Source: an uncultured Candidatus Saccharibacteria bacterium
GTDB taxonomy: Bacteria > Patescibacteriota > Minisyncoccia > UBA11713 > 2-01-FULL-45-33
Assembly (NCBI GenBank): GCA_964464405.1
Contig: CAYXFX010000004.1
Coordinates: forward strand, 1-52,428
Direction: 5' to 3'
DNA: 52,428 bases
In this document: in pieces, positions 1-8,669 of the stretch
Position numbering within the stretch: the first letter of the stretch is position 1
Layout of the letters: each line of letters begins with the position of its first letter
Notes under the pieces: generated by a model
Database searches by the model: none
Seen by the model: the letters and a program-made list of their open reading frames with translations, nothing else
Told to the model about the DNA's origin: nothing
Program-made: the position numbers and the translations under genes

Positions 1-76
1 GTGCCTCCATTTTTGCTAAAATTAGTTCGAGCCTCGTTCAAGAGGCACTCCAGAATCCGCTCTTTGGGGAGCGAAT

Positions 77-757
77 TTAAAGTCCTAATCTTGCTAAAAA
101 TAAAATTACACTGTTGGAAAGAATGTGTACGAGAAATGGAAGAGACGGACTGCCAGACCATAAAAGCAATAAAATGGACAGCGCTCCCGGAAAAAGCATA
201 GAAAGAGCATAGGGGCTGCTGTACGCATGTGCTATTGCAAAGCCGACAGTGCTTAAACAGAAAGCGCCTGTGCGGCCAAAACAAGACAAGGCCAAATAAT
301 ATAATGCGAATCTGTCCGTAAGTTCTTCGATAAATGCGGCGCATACCCAATCAAGAATTTGCGCGGATTCTGCCATTTTTTTCATTTCGAGCCAAATTTC
401 CGGCCGACTATAAAGCAAAAACAAAGAAAGCAATCCAAGCGCACCAACACTGATTAGCAAGCGAAGAATTATTTTTTCAGAAAGAATTTTAAAATTACAG
501 GCGGGCACACCAAATGCGATATTAAAAAAGCCCTGCTTCATAGCGAGCATGAGCAGTACGATTATAGTGACCAAAACGGCAACGGCATCAATTGTTACTC
601 CTAAAGATTGGAATATCCCAAAAAAGGCATTATAAGTGTTTGATTTTTGCAACCGTATAAACCCCAAAAGTATCCAAACAAAAAGAAGTGTTTTTTCAAA
701 CCTGCTAAATTCTTTAAATTTGTTTTCAAGTTCCTGGTCTTTTATCCAGTTCCACAT
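77..757 (-). CDS. CPBP family (CAAX protease/Abi-like) intramembrane metalloprotease
   Basis: Multi-TM 226 aa ORF with EExxxR (FIEELTDR), FxxxH (FAIAH) and HxxxN (HILSN) motifs; SD GAGGTG upstream. Confidence 0.8.
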   Translation of the reverse strand: MWNWIKDQELENKFKEFSRFEKTLLFVWILLGFIRLQKSNTYNAFFGIFQSLGVTIDAVAVLVTIIVLLMLAMKQGFFNIAFGVPACNFKILSEKIILRLLISVGALGLLSLFLLYSRPEIWLEMKKMAESAQILDWVCAAFIEELTDRFALYYLALSCFGRTGAFCLSTVGFAIAHAYSSPYALSMLFPGALSILLLLWSGSPSLPFLVHILSNSVILFLARLGL

Positions 758-808
758 GGAGCACCTCGAATTCTCGATTTAATTTAGCAAATAATAAAAA
801 AAGAGCAA

Positions 809-2104
809 TCAGTCGGGTTGCTCTTCTCTATCAATGAAGCGTTCCTCGGTTTGTTCGAGTTCTTTTTCTTTTGCATCAGCTTTATCAATTTCTATATAAA
901 GTCGGTCTAACATATCCCATGCGGCTAAATATTTTGCAATATATCCGATAGTTTCTTGCACCAAAGTTCCCGCTGGCAATTTAAAATTTTCTCTGTCAAT
1001 TTCTTTGCCGGAAATCGCTTTATATAATCGCAGCGCGTTTTCTGGTCCTCCGTTATAAGAAGCAATTGATGTTAAGCCTCCCAATCTTTGATTTGCCTCA
1101 AAGTCGTCTCTTACGCGCCCTGGAAATCTTGCCAGGTCATGGTCTAGGAGGCAAATCGCGGCTTTAATCGAGTTTACCATGTCCGCCGTACCTTCTTTAT
1201 AATTTTCATTAAGTTTTGCGTCAGGATATTTTTCCACTATTTTCTTATACGTTGGAACTCTCGGCGTATTCATAAACTGCATAAGCCCGCTTGCTTTTGC
1301 GGAGCTTAAAGAAAGTCCGAATGCCCTGCCCGCATTTCTCCAAATATGAGTCAAAAATTTATTGAAAGCGTATTCAGGATCATCAATAAATTCTTTGTCA
1401 TCCGTTTGCTCGATAAAAGCCAAATTAAAAATTAATTTTTCGTTAAATACTTCGCAAAGCGCTTTTGTAGGATACGCACGGGACGTTACTCGAAATGTGC
1501 AAAGTTCTCTTTGCGCTTCTCTTATACGGTCTCTTAGGAATCTTCCGCCTTTTATTTTTCCGTAATCGCTTATGTAAATATTTGAAAACGGAAAGTATAC
1601 TTCACCCCTTCTAGTCGCTGTGATTAAATGGCGGCCGTCAAGAAAAATCAATTCTTCCTCGTTGCGTTCGACAGAAAAATCAAGCCGGATAACTCCGAAA
1701 CCTCTGATTCGCTCAACCTTATAATGCGGAGTTAAAACTGAGAAGATAAAGCTCGGCTCTTCTTTCTTTTGGCTGGCAACTTTTGTTTTTATGCACTTTT
1801 TATTTCGCCATTTAATACATTGCCGGATTTCTTTTTTTCGGGGCGGATCAACTATTACTTCCAAGCGGACAAGTTCGATTTTGTCGCGGAAAGGGGAGTA
1901 TGCCGCAAGCAGAATTTCTCGCGAAGTAATTTTTCCGCTTTCATCAACATAATAGTGCACAGTTTCTTTTTCAAGAATTTCTCGCGCATCTTTGGATTTT
2001 TGCTCAAGAAATTCAGGGGTTATCTCAGCTGCTTTGATTTGACATTGCGAAATAAAAAAAAGGAAAAAGGCCAGAGCCCATAAAGCAATCAAAATTTTTT
2101 TCAT
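809..2104 (-). CDS. Secreted lytic transglycosylase (SLT-like) domain protein
   Basis: Signal peptide; SSAKASGLMQF, ASYNGG and ETIGY motifs match SLT motifs; putative catalytic Glu in AFIEQ. Confidence 0.7.
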   Translation of the reverse strand: MKKILIALWALAFFLFFISQCQIKAAEITPEFLEQKSKDAREILEKETVHYYVDESGKITSREILLAAYSPFRDKIELVRLEVIVDPPRKKEIRQCIKWRNKKCIKTKVASQKKEEPSFIFSVLTPHYKVERIRGFGVIRLDFSVERNEEELIFLDGRHLITATRRGEVYFPFSNIYISDYGKIKGGRFLRDRIREAQRELCTFRVTSRAYPTKALCEVFNEKLIFNLAFIEQTDDKEFIDDPEYAFNKFLTHIWRNAGRAFGLSLSSAKASGLMQFMNTPRVPTYKKIVEKYPDAKLNENYKEGTADMVNSIKAAICLLDHDLARFPGRVRDDFEANQRLGGLTSIASYNGGPENALRLYKAISGKEIDRENFKLPAGTLVQETIGYIAKYLAAWDMLDRLYIEIDKADAKEKELEQTEERFIDREEQPD

Positions 2105-3015
2105 TCGATTCCTCCGATGAAATTAGAAGGGTCAACTGGTATATCATAAATTCTTGTCTCGAAATGAAGATGCGGACCTTGCGATTTGCCGGTATTTCCG
2201 GAAAGGGCGATTAACTCGCCTTGCTTTACAGTTCGAAATTTGTTTACTTTAAATTTTTTTAGATGAAAATACAAACTAAAGACTCCTCGTCCGTGGTCAA
2301 TAATTACGGTATTTCCTGAACCCAATAAACTTTTTGCCATTACAATTATGCCGTTTTCAACTGTAAAAACGGGAGTCCCTATTGGCGCACGGAGATCTAT
2401 GCCTTTATGCGGCTTTAATTTTATTTCCGAATCACCTTCGTATCTTTTACGCCATATTTTCCCGAAGATTTGAGTTACGGTCAGCGTTTCCAACGGCGGA
2501 GAAAAGGCCAAATTTCTTTCAAAAAATATTGTTTCTGTTTTGTGGCTGAATATTTCTTTTAGCTCTTCTTGTTCATACTGCAACCGTTTAAGAATCGCCG
2601 GTTTAGGGTTGCCGATGAACTGGACTCCGCGGGAGACGGGAAAATAGACATTTTCTATCTCAATTTTTTTCAGATACAAAAAATTATTTCCTTTAATAAC
2701 AATTTCTTTTTGTCCGGGTTTGTCTAAAGTGGCTATGGGAAGCAATGCCATTTGCATTCCGTGTTTGAAGCGAAAGCTTTCTGTTTTGCGAATGTCGGCG
2801 AAGTTATCTCTCAACAAGACGTCGTACGGTTCTTTTTGTATGCGTCCTTTAATTTCAATTTTTATATACCCGCCTTGTTTAACTTTTGTTGGTGCATTTA
2901 CAACAATATCCTCACAATGCACTATTCCGATTGAAATAAAAATAAGCAATAAATACATAAGCAATATCCACCAAAAAATGGCACAAATTTTTTTTCCGCG
3001 ATTTTTCATACGCAT
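2101..3015 (-). CDS. M23 family metallo-endopeptidase
   Basis: HKGID (HxxxD), GNTVIIDHG, GPHLHFE (HxH); N-terminal TM/signal. Start probably ATG at 3009 (GAGGT SD). Confidence 0.9.
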   Translation of the reverse strand: MRMKNRGKKICAIFWWILLMYLLLIFISIGIVHCEDIVVNAPTKVKQGGYIKIEIKGRIQKEPYDVLLRDNFADIRKTESFRFKHGMQMALLPIATLDKPGQKEIVIKGNNFLYLKKIEIENVYFPVSRGVQFIGNPKPAILKRLQYEQEELKEIFSHKTETIFFERNLAFSPPLETLTVTQIFGKIWRKRYEGDSEIKLKPHKGIDLRAPIGTPVFTVENGIIVMAKSLLGSGNTVIIDHGRGVFSLYFHLKKFKVNKFRTVKQGELIALSGNTGKSQGPHLHFETRIYDIPVDPSNFIGGIE

Positions 3016-3113
3016 ACCTCTTTTTCAATCTAAAAACAGTTTAGCGCAGAATGTTTTCGAAACAATCTTGACGTTTAAATAAAAAAACGCTCCGTTATAG
3101 AGCGTCTTGAAAT

Positions 3114-5327
3114 CTAATCTGATGGAGCTTCGGCATCTTCAATATTACCCAGATCCTTCATCTCTTTTTCTAATGATTTAGGATCAATAATAGATTGAAG
3201 ATACCCATCGGTTTCTTCGGGAAAGGGAATAGATTCATTGGGGGCATACCAATTTTCCAGCACATATTTTGAAATTGGCCCTGCTATAGACCCTCCTGTT
3301 GCTCGGTCGCCCAAAGATTCCTCGTAACTCTCAGGACCGCCGACCCATCCGCCGAATGTAATATTTGTTGTAAAGCCAATGAACCAAGCGTCCTTGTATC
3401 CTTCTGTCGTTCCTGTTTTTCCAGCGACAGGTTGTGGCAGCGAGTTAAATGATCTTGCTGTTCCAAATTTCACGGTTCCTCTTAAGGCGTCTACCATGAC
3501 TCCCGCCAAAACTTCGCTGATTCCGCATTCAAGCTTTATTTCTTCTTTTTCTTTAATTTCCTGTTGAACCACTCTTTTTCCTTTTTGAACGGTTTTATAA
3601 GAAGTTTTAACCAGAGCATATTTTCCGCAATCTTTTTGTTTTTCCGGCAATCCGTGTTTTGCGATAATTTCGCCGCGGAAATTTGTAATTTTTGAGATCA
3701 TATATGTTTTATAAAGACTCCCTTTATTGGGAAAAACCGAATATGCGCGCACCATTTGGTACAGTGAAATACTCGATGCTCCCAATGCGCTAGGAAGATG
3801 TTCGTCAAATGGGCTTGTAATTCCGAGTCGGCGTACCATCATTGTAACTCGTGGATTTAGCGCGCATTTTCCCACTTGTGCTGTCCAGACAGCCGGGCGG
3901 TTTATAGATTGGGCAATTGCCATGCGCCGCGAATAGTTTGCGGCACGGAATTTTTTTTCGTCAAAATTTCTTGGAGACCATATGGTCCAAGATTTTGTTT
4001 TCGGATTCCAAGTGCTTCTGCATGCCATGGGCGCGTTTGAAACGTTTCGATCCAAAAGTGTTTCGGGTTTTTTCCCGTCTTCCATGTCCTCTTCGAACTT
4101 TGCCGAATATATAAAAGGTTTAATAGATGATCCGTCTTGTCTGTCTCCGAATACATGATTGAATTTTCTGCGTGAATAATCGTTTCCGCCTACCATTGCA
4201 AGAATTGCCCCGGTTCCGTTTTCAATTGTTAAAAATGCGCCTTCAGCATCGATGGCCCGTTCCTTATATTTTGCATGATATGTTTCAAGCGCTTTCTTTA
4301 CTCCTTCTTTTGCGAAAATTTGCATTTCCTTATCGATGGTGAGATGGATGCGTATTCCGTGCCAGGCCTCGTTTTCGCCTTTAGGGTCAAAAACTAGCCC
4401 ATATTTATTTATCTCGCGAGCCGTATAATCCATTAAGTGGCCATCAAAGTTGCAAACTTTTGTGAACTCATCAGAAATTACAATTGGCTCTTTTAAGGCT
4501 TGTTCGTATTCTGCCTTGCTTATAACTTTTTCTTGTAAGGATTTAAACAGCACGACATCACGTGCTTCTTTTGCGCGTGCGGGATTTTCTTTTGTTGGCG
4601 ATCTTGTGGCGGGGGATTTAATCATGCTGGCAAGCACCGCTGCTTCGGAAATAGTTAATTCGGAAGCGGTTTTATTAAAGTAAAATCTTGCCGCCGCTTC
4701 GACGCCGTAACGCTGGTGGTCCATTGCAATTTCACTTAAGTAAAGAGCAAGAATTGCGTCTTTATTTTTGTTGAATTTCCAGAAAAGACCGAAAGCAAGC
4801 ATGACTTCTTTAATTTTTCGTTCATAAGTTTTTTCAAAGCGCTCCTCGGGCGAAAGTAATTGTTTTACGAGTTGCTGGGGGATAGTGGATCCGCCTTCGA
4901 CAATTTTCCCTGCGTTATAATTCTCGGCTTGAGCTCTTATGATTGCTTTCAAATCAAAAACCATGAAATTTCTGCTGTAAAATCTTTTGTCTTCGGCAGC
5001 TAAAATAATGCGCGCCGCGCGCATATTTTTTATATTTTGCGGATAAACAATATCGCGCCATCCGTTTTCCCACGCTTTGCATCCCAAAATTTTGCCATTT
5101 TTGTCTAAAATATAACTTGTTTGGTAGGGATTGTAGTTAAAATACGGGTCGTAACCCGGCAGATTCTGATATATTTGCCAGAGCCAAATTCCGGCATAGG
5201 TCGAGCTACCGAGAAAAAACAGTAAAAATATCCACTTTAACCAATAAAATACGCACTTAAAAATTTTGGTAACGTAAGTCCATGTTTTTTTTATGGCACC
5301 GACAAAGGCCTGCCATGCTTTTTTCAC
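3114..5327 (-). CDS. Class A penicillin-binding protein (PBP1A family, transglycosylase + transpeptidase)
   Basis: AEDKRF, GGSTIPQQLVK, RKIKE transglycosylase motifs; SSIK (SxxK), SIN (SxN), KTGT transpeptidase motifs; N-terminal TM; GTG start with AAGGAG SD. Confidence 0.93.
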   Translation of the reverse strand: MKKAWQAFVGAIKKTWTYVTKIFKCVFYWLKWIFLLFFLGSSTYAGIWLWQIYQNLPGYDPYFNYNPYQTSYILDKNGKILGCKAWENGWRDIVYPQNIKNMRAARIILAAEDKRFYSRNFMVFDLKAIIRAQAENYNAGKIVEGGSTIPQQLVKQLLSPEERFEKTYERKIKEVMLAFGLFWKFNKNKDAILALYLSEIAMDHQRYGVEAAARFYFNKTASELTISEAAVLASMIKSPATRSPTKENPARAKEARDVVLFKSLQEKVISKAEYEQALKEPIVISDEFTKVCNFDGHLMDYTAREINKYGLVFDPKGENEAWHGIRIHLTIDKEMQIFAKEGVKKALETYHAKYKERAIDAEGAFLTIENGTGAILAMVGGNDYSRRKFNHVFGDRQDGSSIKPFIYSAKFEEDMEDGKKPETLLDRNVSNAPMACRSTWNPKTKSWTIWSPRNFDEKKFRAANYSRRMAIAQSINRPAVWTAQVGKCALNPRVTMMVRRLGITSPFDEHLPSALGASSISLYQMVRAYSVFPNKGSLYKTYMISKITNFRGEIIAKHGLPEKQKDCGKYALVKTSYKTVQKGKRVVQQEIKEKEEIKLECGISEVLAGVMVDALRGTVKFGTARSFNSLPQPVAGKTGTTEGYKDAWFIGFTTNITFGGWVGGPESYEESLGDRATGGSIAGPISKYVLENWYAPNESIPFPEETDGYLQSIIDPKSLEKEMKDLGNIEDAEAPSD

Positions 5328-5571
5328 AACATTACTCCTTTTTCAAGCTACTTTTGTTACTGAAATATATACTACGTTGCGCCAGCGATCTTTTCAACCT
5401 TGCAAAAAATTTAATTTATTTCAGTATTATTCAATACTATTTAATGTCGAAAATAAAAGCGATCGCCTTTATTTCTGACATGAAATGTTTGCGGTGCGAA
5501 AATAGGTGGCCTCATACAAAAAAATGACTTTATTTGGTTTTTGTATTAAAATTATTTATATAAATTTTAAA

Positions 5572-5645
5572 GCGGTTGTAGTTTAGTGGCAGAATAATTG
5601 CTTCCCAAGCAATAGGTGTGGGTCCGATTCCCGCCAACCGCACCA
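5572..5645 (+). tRNA. tRNA-Gly(CCC)
   Basis: Cloverleaf: acceptor GCGGTTG/CAACCGC, anticodon stem ATTGC/GCAAT around TTCCCAA, encoded CCA. Confidence 0.95.
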
Positions 5646-5796
5646 CTTCGCCCACGCCGCTTCGCTACGCGGGCTTCGCGGTGTCGTACGCCGCAAAGTG
5701 CTTTGCACGACGTGGCGCAAGCACAAAAAAATCTATAGCTTGCAACATTTTAGAATAAAAAGCGAAGTGGCCCCGCGAAACGCAGTGAAGTGGGGC
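5643..5796. repeat. REP-like palindrome cluster upstream of GIY-YIG gene
   Basis: CCACTTCGC..GCTTCGCGG starting at the tRNA CCA, and inverse GCGAAGTGG-CCCCGCGAAACGCAGTGAAGTGGGG. Confidence 0.7.
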
Positions 5797-5804
5797 AAAA
5801 CAAT

Positions 5805-6044
5805 ATGTATTACTGTTATATCTTACAAAGTCTTAAAGATAAAAGTTTCTACGTCGGATCAACCTTTGATCTTAAAGAAAGATTCGGGCAACATAATAAT
5901 AAAGAGGCTAAATATTCTTCAAGCAAAACCCCGTTTAAAATAATTTGGTATGGTGCATTTGAAAACAAATCCAAGGCTCAAAAATTTGAGAAGTATTTGA
6001 AATCAAGTTCAGGATTCGCATTCAGAAACAAAAGGTTAATTTAA
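5805..6044 (+). CDS. Small stand-alone GIY-YIG nuclease (UPF0213/YhbQ-like), 79 aa
   Basis: YCYILQS..FYVGST..L.ER..QHN and later E..A.KFEKYLK pattern; ATG 5805 preferred over GTG 5790. Confidence 0.88.
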   Translation: MYYCYILQSLKDKSFYVGSTFDLKERFGQHNNKEAKYSSSKTPFKIIWYGAFENKSKAQKFEKYLKSSSGFAFRNKRLI

Positions 6045-6067
6045 TCGCCAGTTGAATTTCAGAAATT

Positions 6068-6235
6068 CTTGCCCATCCATAGCCACGTCTTGCGTGGCGA
6101 AGGAGGGTTGCGGGTTCTTCTCCTTCGCTCTACGAGCTTCGGAAGGACTCAGTAACACTTGCCTTGCCGTAGCCTTGGCGAAGGCAGGTCATCTTGTTGT
6201 CCGCTTGCTTTGCCGTAGCTTTACGCGAAGGCGGG
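6068..6235. repeat. Four REP-like palindromic units downstream of GIY-YIG gene
   Basis: Units fit CCNCCTWCGC-N(2-13)-GCTWYGG at about 6068-6107 (-), 6120-6148 (+), 6157-6189 (-), 6203-6235 (-). Confidence 0.8.
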
Positions 6236-6410
6236 TATAGAGAAATGGATTTTTTTGATTATAAAAATCAATTCTTCTGAAAATTAAACGACTTTTCTTT
6301 TGCAAGCGAGGTTCTAACTTACTTCCGTAAAAACTTGACTTTTTTCTCAAATAGTGTACACTCTTAAACAATCTGTATCTTGAAAAATCAAGTGTTGGGA
6401 GGAAAATACT

Positions 6411-7466
6411 ATGAAAAATGTGGAACTCGTAAAAGGTCGTTGTGCTCTTTGTCGAGGACCGATTGATGAAAAATGGACAGAACATCCTTCCCTCGGCACC
6501 AAATGTAGAGATTGTTCTTACAAAAATCCGGAACCGCAAGTTTTCGGTCCAGAAAATCTGGAAATCTGCGTAAAAAAACAGGTATCTTTTGACCCACTCT
6601 TTGGGGTGTATGATTATTATTTTGAATGGGCTGGCACAAAAGTAAGCATCAATGGGAAGATTGGTATCGTGAGATCGACACAAGCTGATTGCGCTTGGGT
6701 TATCTTCGATGACACAAAGCGGAGTTTCGGTGAACCAATCGACGAACTCGGCTACTGGGACATTTTTCAAATCTACAAAGAAGCAGGAGGAGAAACTGAG
6801 CCACCAACCTTGGATTTGCCGGAACATATTCCGCAAGCGGTTCCATTGATGGAAAAACCGCTTATTCCTCTTGAAATTCAAAAAGATAGACATGACAGAA
6901 TTCAAAATGTTTCTCTACGTGACTCTGAGTTACGTAACTGTTTTTTGGGGACTGATTTGGTTCAGATGTTTCAGGCCTTTTGCAACACATATGTTCGTTT
7001 TAGGTTTGGCCTCGCTCAAAATCTGTGTTGCGAAGGAGGCTTTGTCGGCAGAAATTTCGAGGTCAGAAATTCGATGGGTTGTCTCGGCATCTCGATCGAC
7101 TACAGTTCTTCTTACGATGATATTAACTCTGTGCAAAGTGCGGAGGGACTGAAAACTTTGGCTGTCACACAAGAATTGATCGACATGACCATCGAAAAAG
7201 AAGAAAAAAGAATTAAGAAAGATCGTTCAAAAATTCTTGTGTTAAACCCAAGCTCAGAGCTTATTCTTTCGACATGGGTGACGACACTCGAGACGCTCCT
7301 AAAATATGACTGGCGAAGCCAGAAATATGAAACCATCGAAGACATCTGGCAATGTCACTGCAGAATACAAGATATTCTGCTTAACATCATGCCAGCAGAT
7401 ATACTCCAAGAGGTGCTGGCGTTCGCAAAAAACAACCGTGCTGTTCACTACGGCCAAAGCTTCTAA
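6411..7466 (+). CDS. Hypothetical protein with N-terminal CxxC..CxxC putative zinc ribbon
   Basis: 351 aa ORF, GGAGG SD, CALC and CRDC motifs; no family recognised. Confidence 0.65.
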   Translation: MKNVELVKGRCALCRGPIDEKWTEHPSLGTKCRDCSYKNPEPQVFGPENLEICVKKQVSFDPLFGVYDYYFEWAGTKVSINGKIGIVRSTQADCAWVIFDDTKRSFGEPIDELGYWDIFQIYKEAGGETEPPTLDLPEHIPQAVPLMEKPLIPLEIQKDRHDRIQNVSLRDSELRNCFLGTDLVQMFQAFCNTYVRFRFGLAQNLCCEGGFVGRNFEVRNSMGCLGISIDYSSSYDDINSVQSAEGLKTLAVTQELIDMTIEKEEKRIKKDRSKILVLNPSSELILSTWVTTLETLLKYDWRSQKYETIEDIWQCHCRIQDILLNIMPADILQEVLAFAKNNRAVHYGQSF

Positions 7467-7475
7467 GAAAGATGG

Positions 7476-7515
7476 GCCACTTCTAATCTTTGTATCCGAA
7501 GTGGCTTTTTGTTTT
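7476..7515 (+). terminator. Intrinsic terminator
   Basis: GCCACTTC/GAAGTGGC stem followed by T tract, just after the stop at 7466. Confidence 0.55.
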
Positions 7516-7598
7516 CCTGAATCAATATTACTTTGTTTTATGATAAATCATGTCGGGACATCGTCTATTAAAGTGCACAAATACAGAGCTCAAAGTAA

Positions 7599-8156
7599 TT
7601 ATTTAATTACTGTCACTTCTCCGTTTTCCCATGAATATCCTGGATAATAAATTTTTACTGCGGTATTTTTTTGAATGATATCTAGAATTCGGTTAAGCTC
7701 TTGCGGATCATTTTTATAATGATCTAGGAGCGCGTCTTTTTTGGCTTGCGGAAGAAGTACTATTTTTTTAAAATCTTCCAAAGTAAGCCCGTACAGTTTT
7801 TGGCCGGCCTCTGTTAGGGAAGCGCTGCTATTTTCTTTAATTGCGCCTTGAAGAAGGATTTCGGATTGTTCTTCAAGTCTTGCATTTGCTGTGCGGAGTG
7901 CGATATCCAGCAACTTCGATTCTATAATATTTTCTAAGGCGCGTTTTTTTATATCTGTTCTAGATTCGTTGTTGCCAGATTTTCCGGCATTTTCAAAAGT
8001 TTCTATTGCCGTTAAAACTTTATTAAATTCTGCCATGCTTACAACCTCTCCGTTTATCTTTAGCGCGGGCATTAGATATGATGAAAAAAATATTGCAAAC
8101 AATATTGCCATTCCTACGAAAACTAATAAATATTTTGATTTTAGAAATCTCAGCAT
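7599..8156 (-). CDS. SurA N-terminal-domain-like membrane-anchored chaperone
   Basis: N-terminal TM, KINGEVVSMAEF and ALENIIESKLL pattern typical of SurA/PrsA N-domains. Confidence 0.6.
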   Translation of the reverse strand: MLRFLKSKYLLVFVGMAILFAIFFSSYLMPALKINGEVVSMAEFNKVLTAIETFENAGKSGNNESRTDIKKRALENIIESKLLDIALRTANARLEEQSEILLQGAIKENSSASLTEAGQKLYGLTLEDFKKIVLLPQAKKDALLDHYKNDPQELNRILDIIQKNTAVKIYYPGYSWENGEVTVIK

Positions 8157-8543
8157 TTAAAAATTAAAGAATTTTTTTACACTTTCCCAAATTTCCACTT
8201 TTTTTGTTGTTGTTGCGCTCACCATTTCATTTTTGTCTTCGATAAATACTGCAACTTCTTCACCTTCTTTTTTTAAATTAAATTTTTCGCGGGCTTCTCT
8301 GTCAAGCCCTTCCGGAGTGTTTAGGCTTTCTAGGGTATTTTTCAACAAAAAACTTTCTTTTTTTGTTTCCTGCAATTTTTGTTCGAGGCCCGCGATATTT
8401 TTTTCTAAGAAGATTTTTGCTTTCCACTGCTTCATTGTTCCCCAAAATAATGTTCCCAAAATTGCGAAAATTGCTAATATAATGGGCCAGGAATAGATTA
8501 TATGCTCAATTTTTTTCTTTTCTTGAATTTCTCGGAACGCCAT
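8157..8543 (-). CDS. Septum formation initiator (FtsB/DivIC family)
   Basis: Single TM, coiled coil, LDREAREKFNLKKEGEEV motif. Confidence 0.8.
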   Translation of the reverse strand: MAFREIQEKKKIEHIIYSWPIILAIFAILGTLFWGTMKQWKAKIFLEKNIAGLEQKLQETKKESFLLKNTLESLNTPEGLDREAREKFNLKKEGEEVAVFIEDKNEMVSATTTKKVEIWESVKKFFNF

Positions 8544-8669
8544 AGTATATTTATATCATTATGTTCAGTTCAAAAAAAGTAAAAATTATCTGGAATATAA
8601 TTTCTTTCCTTGTGGTGCTCGCGATGGTCGGTTTTTTGGTAATTCCTTATCTGTAAAAAGAATTTTTTC

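Noticed and set aside
5643-6235. CRISPR array
   Set aside because: Units are degenerate, in mixed orientation, irregularly spaced, and no cas genes are present
6189-6905. 238 aa antisense ORF
   Set aside because: Antisense to the SD-bearing 6411-7466 gene, implausible composition, ends inside the repeat cluster
5646-7600. Classical integrative island with attR duplicating the tRNA-Gly 3' end
   Set aside because: No second copy of the tRNA 3' end and no integrase found; same for tRNA-Gln
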